Positions 40,784 to 50,608 of a stretch of DNA of 64,000 bases are shown piece by piece. A model generated the notes under the pieces. The model ran no database searches. It was not told the DNA's origin and was given only the letters and a program-made list of their open reading frames with translations. Position 1 is the first letter of the stretch; every line of letters starts with the position of its first letter. The translations under genes and the position numbers were made by a program. Source of the DNA: an uncultured Methanoregulaceae archaeon (GTDB lineage Archaea > Halobacteriota > Methanomicrobia > Methanomicrobiales > Methanospirillaceae); assembly GCA_963841015.1 (NCBI GenBank), contig CAWJAX010000003.1, positions 352,001 to 416,000 of the forward strand, read 5' to 3'.

Positions 40784-41707
40784 ATGGCGGTAAACCAGTC
40801 TCAGGTTGATCACATTATTACTGCTGCATCAGAAGATGATCCGGAGGTCAAGCTCCAGAACCTCGAGCGGGAGGTGGATCTTATCAAAACCTCCATTAAA
40901 CGCCTTTTAATGGACATCAGGGAACGGATGAATGAGCTGGAGAATCCATTTACCCTTGCGGCTACCGGCACTGCCGGTGCTCCGGCAATACATTCAGCAG
41001 CTGCAACTGAGGCAGAAGAAGCACAAAAATCTGCACTTGAAGCACGGGAAGCAGCACTTGAAGCACGCGAATCCCGGCTGGAAGCAGCAAAAGTAAAATT
41101 GGAAACCGACAATAAAAAAGAGCTGGTGCAGGGTAAATCTGAACCGGTAAGTCCGCCTTTTGAAGACAGCAGAAAAATGCTGGATGAACAGATGCTCGCA
41201 ATCCTGAGATCCCAGGCAGGAACACCCCAGAAAGCTGTTTTTACCGCTCCGGCCCCCCCCGCTCCGACAAACGAGAAACTCCGGCTCCAGAAGGTTTACA
41301 AACTTTTCAAGTGGACGCACCAGGCCGTCAAAAAGGTCGGCCATGACCGGCTGGAGATCACGTTGGAATCCTACCGGGCAATGGGATACATAACCAAAGA
41401 ATCCTGCGACGAGATCCGGGAGATCTCACGCCTCATGCCGGCAAACCTTGGAGAAGAGCATGAAGTTGGTCCTGATGAATTTGTCTCCGAACTCTATACG
41501 CTCAACAGGATTCTTTCCCCGGACGACACTTCACTTGACCGCGATATGATAGAAGTGATGATGGAACAGCGTCAGAATATGGCCACCGGCAAGGCCGGAA
41601 AAGTTGAAGAAAGAATTGATCTTCCCCGGGTCTCCCTGCTCGAGAAAAAATCTTCGATGCATAAAGAAAAAGATGAAGAATGGATGAATTTACCCGACAG
41701 GATCTAA
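40784..41707 (+). CDS. flaD: Archaellum accessory protein, FlaD/FlaE-like
   Basis: N-terminal coiled coil, C-terminal LFKW...LESYRAMGYIT typical of the FlaD/E domain; first gene of the fla operon. Confidence 0.7.
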   Translation: MAVNQSQVDHIITAASEDDPEVKLQNLEREVDLIKTSIKRLLMDIRERMNELENPFTLAATGTAGAPAIHSAAATEAEEAQKSALEAREAALEARESRLEAAKVKLETDNKKELVQGKSEPVSPPFEDSRKMLDEQMLAILRSQAGTPQKAVFTAPAPPAPTNEKLRLQKVYKLFKWTHQAVKKVGHDRLEITLESYRAMGYITKESCDEIREISRLMPANLGEEHEVGPDEFVSELYTLNRILSPDDTSLDRDMIEVMMEQRQNMATGKAGKVEERIDLPRVSLLEKKSSMHKEKDEEWMNLPDRI

Positions 41708-41711
41708 CCAG

Positions 41712-42221
41712 ATGTCATCCGAGACTATTACTACTGCATTATTTCTGATCACCGCGGTGGTCGCATCGGCAGTACTTATTAATGCAGTATATCCGGTCAT
41801 CCAGAATATGGCAGGAACATTTTCTTCCTCTACCCATGAATCAGATGTGAGGATCCGAACGGATTTTAAGATTATTGCTACCTATGCAAGTGGGGAAACG
41901 GTTCAGGTATGGATGAAAAATATTGGAAGTGAACAGATATCTCTCTCAGAAATTCAACGTTCTGATGTGTTTTGTGGTCCGGTCGGCAATTTTGATCATC
42001 TTGCCTATCATGACGTTGAACCCGGCACTCTGGCGAAAGGTGAATGGACCGAAGAATTCGGAGCCGGTTATGATCTGAACTCGAATAGTTACTGGGATTC
42101 TGGTGAAACACTGAAAGTAACAGCGAGAATGAAAACGCCGATCCCATCGGGAAATAAAATCTATTTCCAGTTTGCACTCCCCAATGGTATCTGGCGATCA
42201 AACGAATTTACGGCGAGCTGA
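41712..42221 (+). CDS. flaG: Archaellum protein FlaG
   Basis: MSSETITTALFLITAVVAS, IRTDFKII, VWMKNIG, WDSGETL. Confidence 0.85.
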   Translation: MSSETITTALFLITAVVASAVLINAVYPVIQNMAGTFSSSTHESDVRIRTDFKIIATYASGETVQVWMKNIGSEQISLSEIQRSDVFCGPVGNFDHLAYHDVEPGTLAKGEWTEEFGAGYDLNSNSYWDSGETLKVTARMKTPIPSGNKIYFQFALPNGIWRSNEFTAS

Positions 42222-42227
42222 TGTTCT

Positions 42228-42704
42228 ATGGCCGTTGCTGGAATTATTGCTGCTGCGGTGGGAGTAATGCTCCTTATTGTTGTGGGGTATGTAGTGGTGG
42301 GTGCTACCATTACAACTGCTGAAACGGTCACCAATGCCCAAAAAGACGTTACTCTCCAGAATGAGATGCGTCTGGGGACGGCTATCCTCATTACCGATCC
42401 ACAGCAGTCCAGCTCAAATATTATCTCGAATATTACCAACTCCGGTACTGAAATCATCAGTGATTTCAGACATATGGATGTGATAGTGTATGACACAGGA
42501 TCCGATGAGTATCAGGTCTGTATCTATGATGCAAGCGGCAATCCTGGTACCTGGGGTATTACCAACCGTTACCAGGATTTCATCCATCCTTCTGAACTTG
42601 ACCCCGGGGAAAAATACCAGATACGGGTCGCCACGAGCGGATCTTCACCTTCCTGGTTCCAGATCACAACAAGTAACGGGGTTTATGCTTCAGCGTATGT
42701 TTAA
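42228..42704 (+). CDS. flaF: Archaellum protein FlaF
   Basis: N-terminal TM, NITNSGT, LDPGE, ITTSNGV; lies between flaG and flaH. Confidence 0.8.
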   Translation: MAVAGIIAAAVGVMLLIVVGYVVVGATITTAETVTNAQKDVTLQNEMRLGTAILITDPQQSSSNIISNITNSGTEIISDFRHMDVIVYDTGSDEYQVCIYDASGNPGTWGITNRYQDFIHPSELDPGEKYQIRVATSGSSPSWFQITTSNGVYASAYV

Positions 42705-42724
42705 CATAAAATGGAGGTCCTGAA

Positions 42725-43456
42725 ATGGCAAACCTTTCCGATCTGATGGGGGGAGAAGACCGGCGGATTATTTCGACCGGCAACAGCGAACTCGATAAAA
42801 AAATAGCCGATGGTCTGCCACTTGAATCCCTCACCCTTATCGAAGGTGAAAACGATACCGGGAAAAGTGTCCTTACCCAGCAGATCATCTGGGGTGCGAT
42901 GAAGCAGGGTATGTCTGTTGATCTCTTTACAACAGAAAACACCAGCAAGAGTTTTATCAAGCAGATGGAGTCTATGAGTCTCGATATCTCGGACTATTTT
43001 GCCTGGGGCTACCTCAAAATCTTCCCCCTCCACGTGGTCGGTTTTGAATGGAAAAAAGAAGAGATGGCAGGTATTCTTGCACGCCTGATCAGCCATATCG
43101 AGAAAAGCAAATCCCAGGTAATAATTGTTGATTCACTGACGCTTTTTACCGAGTATGCGGCTACGGATCATATCCTCACGTTCTTTACTAACTGCAAATC
43201 GCTTGTCGATCATGGCAAGACAATCCTGATAACGCTGCATACCTATGCGTTTGAGGAAGACACCCTCGTACGGATACGGTCAATCTGTGATGCCCACCTG
43301 AACATGAAAAAAGCCCTCGTCGGGAGCAAGTATGTCATGGTGATGGAGGTTATCAAGGTCCGTGGGGCACATAAAACGACCGGAAACGTTGTCAGTTTCG
43401 AGGTACATCCCGGTTATGGTATGAAAGTCATCCCGATGAGTTTTGCGAAGGTCTGA
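42725..43456 (+). CDS. flaH: Archaellum RecA/KaiC-like ATPase FlaH
   Basis: GENDTGKS Walker A, IIVDSLT, RIRSICDAH, FEVHPGYG. Confidence 0.93.
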   Translation: MANLSDLMGGEDRRIISTGNSELDKKIADGLPLESLTLIEGENDTGKSVLTQQIIWGAMKQGMSVDLFTTENTSKSFIKQMESMSLDISDYFAWGYLKIFPLHVVGFEWKKEEMAGILARLISHIEKSKSQVIIVDSLTLFTEYAATDHILTFFTNCKSLVDHGKTILITLHTYAFEEDTLVRIRSICDAHLNMKKALVGSKYVMVMEVIKVRGAHKTTGNVVSFEVHPGYGMKVIPMSFAKV

Positions 43457-43457
43457 T

Positions 43458-45335
43458 ATGGGTACTCTGTCTGTTGCTGTCAATCTCCCGTTCAAACAGG
43501 AGATCGTTGATTCGAATGTGGATTTTTATAATGATATTGAATCAAGTCCACTCTATAAGATGCTGCCGGCAAACGCCAAAGAGTATGTGAAAGCCAGTCC
43601 TCATCTCCTTGAATACCTTCATACGTTCCCGGTAAACACGTATGGAATTCCCCTCTTCCTCTCGGAATTGAAAAAAGAACTCCGCTCCATGGAAAGCCCC
43701 AATATCATTTATCCGGTCAATGATACTACCTTTGTCCACATTCTCCCGGACCCGGATGATGTGAGGAACTTTTACATTCCCATCGAACCTTCATTCCTCC
43801 ACAACGTGAACCAGCTTCTCCCGGAAATTGAGACGAAACTCATTAATCTTATCGATGGTCTCGAAGATGATCCAATCAGCGACAAGGAACGGGCTGAAGT
43901 GATAAAAAAGATGCTGGCTTCTGTGTCTGTCATCCTGCCAAAAGGTATGACTCACGCACAGCTTCAGGGAAGTGCGGCCAGCCAGCAGGATATCAAATCA
44001 AAGATCACGACATTTCTGAACACCGATTTCACTGCCCAGAAAAAAATGAAAGATACCAAAGTGAAGCACCAGGTCCCCCTCACGCCTGAAGGCAAGGTGA
44101 TCCTGACCGATGAGGAATACCGGGCTATCGAGTACCTGCTGATACGGGATAAGATAGATATGGGGGTGCTGAAACCGTTCCTTTCCGATCCCTACATCGA
44201 AGATATTTCCTGTGACGGTGTTGGTCCGATCTTCATCGAACATAAGATTTTCAAAGGTCTCAAATCGGTTATTGAGTTCAAAGTCTCCCATGAACTGGAT
44301 GAATTTGTTGTTAAAGTGGCAGAAAGGATCAAACGTCCTATTACATACAGGAGTCCAATTGTTGATGCCACCCTGCCTGATGGCTCCCGTATCAATATCG
44401 TGTATGGAACTGCTATCAGCAGGCACGGGAGTAATTTCAGCATTCGTAAAGTAAACGAAGTGCCATTGAGCATCCTCAATATTATCGACAGCAATGGTCT
44501 TGACTACCTGGCAGCAGCATACATCTGGATCTGCGTCGAGTACGGGATGTCGCTTTTCGTTTCCGGAGAGACCGCAAGCGGAAAGACTACGCTCCTGAAT
44601 GCAATCACGGGATTTATTCCTCCCGAAAATAAAATTGTTACCATTGAGGATACACCGGAGCTGAACGTGCCCCACCGGAACTGGATTCGGGAAGTGGCAC
44701 TTGCCAAGGGAAAAGGAGAGGGGACGGGGGGTTCTGCTGCCGGCGGGGAAGTGACCATGTTTGACCTGCTCAAGGCCGCCCTGCGTCAGCGCCCGAACCA
44801 GATTCTTGTCGGTGAAATCCGGGGTGTTGAAGGAGCCGTTGCATTTGGTGCCATGCAGACCGGTCACCCGGTGATGAGTACATTCCATGCAGCTTCTGTT
44901 GAAAAACTCATCCAGCGTCTCTGTGGAGATCCGATCAATATTCCCAAGACGTATGTAGATAACCTCAACCTGGTGATAATCCAGAGTGCCGTCAAGCGAC
45001 CTGATGGTCAGCTGGTCAGGCGGATGATCAGCTGCAACGAACTGGTTGGTTTCAATGCCGAGACACAGGGATTCACCTTTGTCGAGATGTTCACCTGGGA
45101 GCCGATTACTGATACGTTCATATGGTCCGGAAAGGGCAGCTCCTATCTGCTTGAAAATAAAATCGCCACCATGCTCGGCATGCCCGATAGTAAAAAATCC
45201 GAGATATATCTTGAAGTGGAAAAGCGGGCAAAAATTCTCGAGCGGCTTCACAAAGCAGGCTACACCAAGTTCTGGGACTTATTTACCATGATGACGAAGA
45301 TCAAGAAACAGGGGCTCTTGAAGATTGGTTCCTGA
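43458..45335 (+). CDS. flaI: Archaellum motor ATPase FlaI
   Basis: GETASGKTT, TIEDTPEL, ALRQRPNQILVGEIRG, QTGHPVMSTFHA. Confidence 0.95.
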   Translation: MGTLSVAVNLPFKQEIVDSNVDFYNDIESSPLYKMLPANAKEYVKASPHLLEYLHTFPVNTYGIPLFLSELKKELRSMESPNIIYPVNDTTFVHILPDPDDVRNFYIPIEPSFLHNVNQLLPEIETKLINLIDGLEDDPISDKERAEVIKKMLASVSVILPKGMTHAQLQGSAASQQDIKSKITTFLNTDFTAQKKMKDTKVKHQVPLTPEGKVILTDEEYRAIEYLLIRDKIDMGVLKPFLSDPYIEDISCDGVGPIFIEHKIFKGLKSVIEFKVSHELDEFVVKVAERIKRPITYRSPIVDATLPDGSRINIVYGTAISRHGSNFSIRKVNEVPLSILNIIDSNGLDYLAAAYIWICVEYGMSLFVSGETASGKTTLLNAITGFIPPENKIVTIEDTPELNVPHRNWIREVALAKGKGEGTGGSAAGGEVTMFDLLKAALRQRPNQILVGEIRGVEGAVAFGAMQTGHPVMSTFHAASVEKLIQRLCGDPINIPKTYVDNLNLVIIQSAVKRPDGQLVRRMISCNELVGFNAETQGFTFVEMFTWEPITDTFIWSGKGSSYLLENKIATMLGMPDSKKSEIYLEVEKRAKILERLHKAGYTKFWDLFTMMTKIKKQGLLKIGS

Positions 45336-45336
45336 T

Positions 45337-46981
45337 ATGGTTGATACCCCGCCGGACAATGACAAAAAACCAGAAGGCCGTGCAATCCCGTTTGCCTCGC
45401 ACATAAAGCGATTGAAAGAAAAAATCGCTGAGGTCACTGAAGATCGGAAAATGGGGGCCGACCTCCTTTTTTTAAACACGTATATGGCATCTCTGGCCAT
45501 TGCAAATGCGTCAAGGCCTGAGATCTTTGCCTATGCGTCAAACCGGAAGGAGTACATCTCGGCGAAGTATATCACCAAAGTGGACATGTATGTAAAAAAA
45601 TGGAATTACAGTTATTCCGAAGCGCTTGGGATAGTGGCGGACAGAACGCACAATATCATCTTAAAAAGCATGCTGAACCGGTATGCAAATGCAATCGACT
45701 CCGGTGTCCCTGACGATGATTTCTTAAAAAATGAACTGTCTACGGTCAGAAGCGTGTACCGCAGCCAGGTCGAGCAGGGGCTCGAGATGCTCAAAAAATG
45801 GGGAGATGCATATATTGCCATGCTCCTTTCCGGGACGGTGATCTGTGTCACCATCATGATCTCCATTGCCATCTATTCCCCCCAGGGTCTTGATGCCACG
45901 CTGAACATGGCCTACGCAATTGTTCTCACGATCTGTGTCTTTGGCAATCTTCTCATGTACACATCCGTGCCGGATGACCCGAAATCACATGGTCTCAAGG
46001 ACAGGACCTCAAAGGAACAGCAGACAATACACGCCATGGAAAGGGTTATTGTACCTTTGGTCCTGGGAGCGTTTATTGTCATGACGCTGCTCGGGATTAA
46101 TGCCGGCCTGATATTTATGATGGTGGGGATCCTCATGGCGCCCCTTGGCATCATCGGGTTTATTGATGACAGTAATATCACCCTCCGTGACAACGATTTT
46201 TCCACATTTATACGGAGTCTGGGATCGATAATGGGGGGTCAGGGCACCACTGCCGTCCATGCACTTGCAACTATCGATAAAAAATCGCTCACCGCTCTCG
46301 AACCTCTGGTGAATTCCGTCTATTCCCAGATGAACCTTGGTCTTGATAATAAACAGATCTGGGATAAATTCATCGGTGAATCGGGGAGTAATCTCATTTA
46401 CAAATATCTCAACATCTACCTTGATACGGTTATTATGGGGGGTCCGCCAGAACCTATCGGGTACTGTAGTGGGATCTTCGGTACTCGAACAGACACTCCT
46501 GCGGGAAAAAAAGGATATGCACGCCCGCAGTTTTATCGTGCTTCTCGCTCCCATGCACATGGCAATGGTAGGGATCTTTGTGGTCCTTTTCCGCATAATG
46601 TTAACTTTGACCGGCTCGGTTTCATCGATGATGGGAAAATTTGCGGCAGCGAATGCTGCCTCGTCTGGTGCGAGCGCCGGGGGGGTATCCGCGGGCAGTG
46701 CCCTTGGCGGGATGTCGATGTTTACTAACTTCCCGGAAAGAGAGATGGGCAACTTTGTAGTAATCTCTCTTACGATCATTACCATTTCCAATATTGTCGC
46801 GGCACGGATTGTCGGGGGAGGGGATCGGTATATGTTTTATTTCTATACCGCCCTATTCTGTGTACTTACCGGACTCATACTCCTGATTGCACCCATTGGA
46901 GTGAACATATTCTTCAGCCCCGAGGGGCTCTCGAATATGGGAAAAACAGGTGCCGGAGCAGTAGGGATGTATCTTATATGA
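45337..46981 (+). CDS. flaJ: Archaellum membrane platform protein FlaJ; frameshift near 46461
   Basis: Multi-TM GspF-like protein; PPEPIG|TVVGSS is restored by removing one T. Confidence 0.88.
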
Positions 46982-48250
46982 AGGAAAGTCTGCGCAGGGT
47001 AATCCTCTTTGCGGTGATTGTTATCACCGGATCAGTCATGATCCTGTTTGATGTACCGCTTATCCTTATGATCCCCCTGATTCTTGCTGTAGGGTTTGTT
47101 ATTCTTCTTCTTCTTGGTGCGATAACAATTGCTGACTTTAAATCCGTTTTCACGAGGAAAAAATTAAAAAATCCCAAAAAAATTTCCCTGATACAGCGAT
47201 TGAACGGGATGAAATTTTTTGAAAAAAAAACAGTACCAGCCGGATAAGAAACCATCATCTCCTGCCAAATCAGTGGAAACGCCAAAAAGTGCGCCACAAA
47301 ATGCCGGAAATAAAACCGGAGCCGTGTCCCATCTGCGTTTATTTTTTGGCTCACTCGGTTCACTGCGAACAGTTCTCAAAGAGCGCAGCAGACAGGCAAA
47401 AAAAGTGGAACACATTGACGAGCTGCTCGATAAAACGGTCAGTGAAAAGGTGAAAAGCTCTGCACTCGCCAGTGCCGGTAAGGAAGTCGGTGCAAAAACC
47501 CCCCCCTCCAGCATGAGCGCCGGGCCGGGCCTGAAGGATCAGGAAAAAGAGCAGGATCCTTTCCTGTCTCTCTCCGGGGATGAATTTGACGCAAGTCTTC
47601 TCGACGGGCTGGACGAGCAGGAAATCCCCCTGAAACCGTCTATGGGTCAGATCCCCAATCCGGGCACCCCGTTACCCGGGTCTGCCATGGTAGTCAGCCA
47701 GCCTGAGATCCCGATGCCCTCGCTGGATATCAGTTCAGAAGCAGACGAAATTCTCAAAGATAACAAGGAGGGTCTTGAAGACTTCAATGGTCTTGAGAGC
47801 GGGGAATCCATGGACCAGGACTTTTCCGGTCTGGATTCTATAAATCTTGATGACATTGATCTTGACGCCGAGTTGGAAGAAGAGCCCCCGTCAGCCACAG
47901 GGAGTTCTCCATCGCCAGCGGAAACACCCGCCCAAACGGTGAATGCAGGTTGGATCGCTTCTGACGCCCCAAAAGGTGCGGATCTACCGGGAGACGAGAT
48001 CTCTACCCAGGATGACATGTCCTCATTTGCAAAAGGTGCATCAGCAAGCGATGCAGACCTGTTAAGTTCACTCGCATCGGATGTCAAGCGGGTAACAAAA
48101 GAAAAAAATACCAGCCTGCTGAGAGATTTAAAAGATTTCAAAGCCCCGGCAACAGACATTGAGAATGAATTGAACATGATACATGAAACAATGAAGGCAG
48201 TCCCGCATCCCCGGAAAAAAGCGATCCCGTCACCGAAGAAAACGAAATAG
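46978..48250 (+). CDS. Hypothetical protein: two TMs, long acidic low-complexity region, helical C-terminus; frameshift near 47230
   Basis: ORFs 46978-47247 and 47219-48250 overlap at an A9 run; lies between flaJ and cheF. Confidence 0.7.
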
Positions 48251-48318
48251 ACCAGGTAAATAGGTTAATGTTACAGGAAAGAACACATGAAAAGAGTAAG
48301 GATTGCCCGTGAGGATAT

Positions 48319-49128
48319 ATGAAAGAAGTTCCGGTAAAAATCCAGCACAACAACGAGTGGATTGTCGTTAAACTGGGCATCGGAGATGACCTGATCGCAA
48401 TTCCTGCCCCCATCAATAAAGAAATTCTCTTCAAGACGGTAACCGATATTGCCGAAAAGAAAAATGTCCTCATTATTACCGTAAAAACCGATACAGAAAC
48501 CGTCTACAAAATCCTGTCCGTTGAAAAAGTCCTGCAGGTTTTAAAGAAACTTATCCTTGCGTCGTGCAATGCCTACCGCCTGATGGCCTACTTTATGTCA
48601 CCTGCTATCCGTGGCGGTGTGATGATCAAGGATGCCCAGTGGGATAAAGGGAGTGTTGTTGTGGTCAGTTCCGGGATCTGGTTTGTCTCTGCGATAAAAC
48701 AAATCTGTGTCCCGTTCAATGACGTGGCAGCCATCGAACTTACCAAACGGGATGTCCAGGGCAAACCCACGGATGTCATAAAAATCGATCACCTGGATTC
48801 CGGGGAAGTTTCCTCCAGTCTTGTACTCTGCCCGCTTTCCACCCTTCAGGTACTCTACAATTACCTCAGGGATACGACAAAGAGCATGGATATGAAAGGT
48901 ACTGAGCTGGACGGCATCGATCAGCAGGTTGCCATGCTCGTCTATTCAGGCATGGACTCGCATGCAATCGAAAATATGCTCAATATCCCCCAAAAACAAC
49001 TCGATAGGATCTATGATAAAATCCTGAAACTCGGTCTCGGGGAAGTAGTCACAACGCGGAGAGAGATCCAGCTTACTACAAAAGGAGTTCGCTATATATC
49101 CGATGCTACAAAATCCCAGACAAACTAG
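48319..49128 (+). CDS. cheF: Archaeal chemotaxis adaptor CheF
   Basis: SPAIRGGV motif, QVAMLVYSGMDS C-terminal wHTH, LTTKG; directly before cheY. Confidence 0.85.
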   Translation: MKEVPVKIQHNNEWIVVKLGIGDDLIAIPAPINKEILFKTVTDIAEKKNVLIITVKTDTETVYKILSVEKVLQVLKKLILASCNAYRLMAYFMSPAIRGGVMIKDAQWDKGSVVVVSSGIWFVSAIKQICVPFNDVAAIELTKRDVQGKPTDVIKIDHLDSGEVSSSLVLCPLSTLQVLYNYLRDTTKSMDMKGTELDGIDQQVAMLVYSGMDSHAIENMLNIPQKQLDRIYDKILKLGLGEVVTTRREIQLTTKGVRYISDATKSQTN

Positions 49129-49196
49129 CATTTCTCCAAATAATGAATTCAATACTTCTTTATGGAATAATCTACCAATTATTTTATTGATCGTCA

Positions 49197-49559
49197 ATGG
49201 GAAAAATTCTGATTGTGGATGATACGCTCTTCATGAGGACCCTGTTAAAAAATATTCTGTTCTCCGGTGGACATACAATCGTCGGCGAGGCAGGGGACGG
49301 CGAGGATGGCGTTACAAAATACAAGGAGCTGAAACCCGATCTCGTGACCATGGACATCGTGATGCCTAAACTCAACGGGATTGAAGCGTTAAAAGCAATA
49401 AAAGAGTTTGATCCGGCAGCAAAGATTGTCATGTGCACCGCAGTCGGTCAGGAACAGATGGTTAAACTCGCCATCAAGACCGGTGCGAAAGGGTATATTA
49501 TCAAACCGTTCCAGGCTCCGAAAGTTTTGGAAGAAGTCAAAAACGTCCTGGCTTCCTGA
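49197..49559 (+). CDS. cheY: Chemotaxis response regulator
   Basis: ILIVDD, PDLVTMDIVMP, GYIIKPF. Confidence 0.95.
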   Translation: MGKILIVDDTLFMRTLLKNILFSGGHTIVGEAGDGEDGVTKYKELKPDLVTMDIVMPKLNGIEALKAIKEFDPAAKIVMCTAVGQEQMVKLAIKTGAKGYIIKPFQAPKVLEEVKNVLAS

Positions 49560-49564
49560 CCACC

Positions 49565-50608
49565 ATGGTGAAAGTTCTCATTGTTGATGATTCCGTGTTC
49601 ATGCGAACGGTCATCAGGGACATGCTGGCCAAAGATGCCTCCATTGAAATAGTGGGAACTGCGTCCAACGGTATTGATGCACTTGAAAAGATCCAGACGC
49701 TCAATCCCGATCTCATCACCCTTGACATCGAGATGCCAAAAATGAACGGTCTCGAGGTTTTAAAAGAACTCCGGAAAATTAAAAAGCACCCGAAAATCCT
49801 GATGCTGAGCTCCCTGACCTCCAAAGACGCTGAGATGACCCATGATGCGATTCGTCTCGGCGCAGATGATTTCATGCTGAAACCAAAAGATCTCCCTCAC
49901 ATGCGGGAAATCAGCGAAGAATTAATTTCGAAAGTCAGGCATCTTGCCACACTCTCTTTACCAGGTATATCTCACAAACCCCCCACGTCACCTGCCTTAC
50001 CTGCTGACCGGGTCGTGCTCATCGGCTCATCTGCCGGGGGACCACAGCAGGTCGATACGCTGCTTTCCATGTTGTCTCCCGATCTTCCTGCGAGTGTTAT
50101 TATCACCCAGCATATGCCGGTTGGTTTCACCGCCCCTCTTGCCGAGCGTTTCAACAGGATTGCCCCCATGCCCGTCAAAGAGACCCAGAACGGGGATATG
50201 CTTGAAACCGGAAAAATTCTGCTGTCGAAAGCAGGTGTCCACACGGTCGTTTCAGGAGTGATGGGAGAAGATGGCAAAATGACCGGGCGTATTGTTCATA
50301 CCACCTCACCTCCCGTCCACGGGGTCCGGCCAGCAGTGGATAAGACCTTTGAATCCGCTGCTCATGTCTATGGAAAAAACGCACTCTCGGTCATTTTAAG
50401 CGGCATGGGAAATGACGCGGGTGAGGGAGCACATGCAATAAAAGAAGCCGGCGGCGTGAGCCTTATCTGTGATGAAAAGGATTGTCTTGTATACGGGATG
50501 GCACGATCGGCGATCAGGAATAACGCGGTCGATCAGATCCTCCCCTTAAGAAAACTCTCAAAAGAGATAGAGCGGGTAGTTCATATGATGGAGGAAACCT
50601 GTGTCTGA
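49565..50608 (+). CDS. cheB: Chemotaxis methylesterase
   Basis: Receiver domain plus GSSAGGP, TQHMP, RPAVD, LSGMGNDAG, VYGM. Confidence 0.95.
   Translation: MVKVLIVDDSVFMRTVIRDMLAKDASIEIVGTASNGIDALEKIQTLNPDLITLDIEMPKMNGLEVLKELRKIKKHPKILMLSSLTSKDAEMTHDAIRLGADDFMLKPKDLPHMREISEELISKVRHLATLSLPGISHKPPTSPALPADRVVLIGSSAGGPQQVDTLLSMLSPDLPASVIITQHMPVGFTAPLAERFNRIAPMPVKETQNGDMLETGKILLSKAGVHTVVSGVMGEDGKMTGRIVHTTSPPVHGVRPAVDKTFESAAHVYGKNALSVILSGMGNDAGEGAHAIKEAGGVSLICDEKDCLVYGMARSAIRNNAVDQILPLRKLSKEIERVVHMMEETCV

Noticed and set aside
43998-45251. 417-aa minus-strand ORF (likewise 62602-63552)
   Set aside because: Antisense shadows of flaI and the MCP gene
47215-47232. T6-G-A9 tract as a phase-variation or programmed frameshift site
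   Set aside because: The frame break could equally lie a few bases downstream, and the window-wide indel rate explains it
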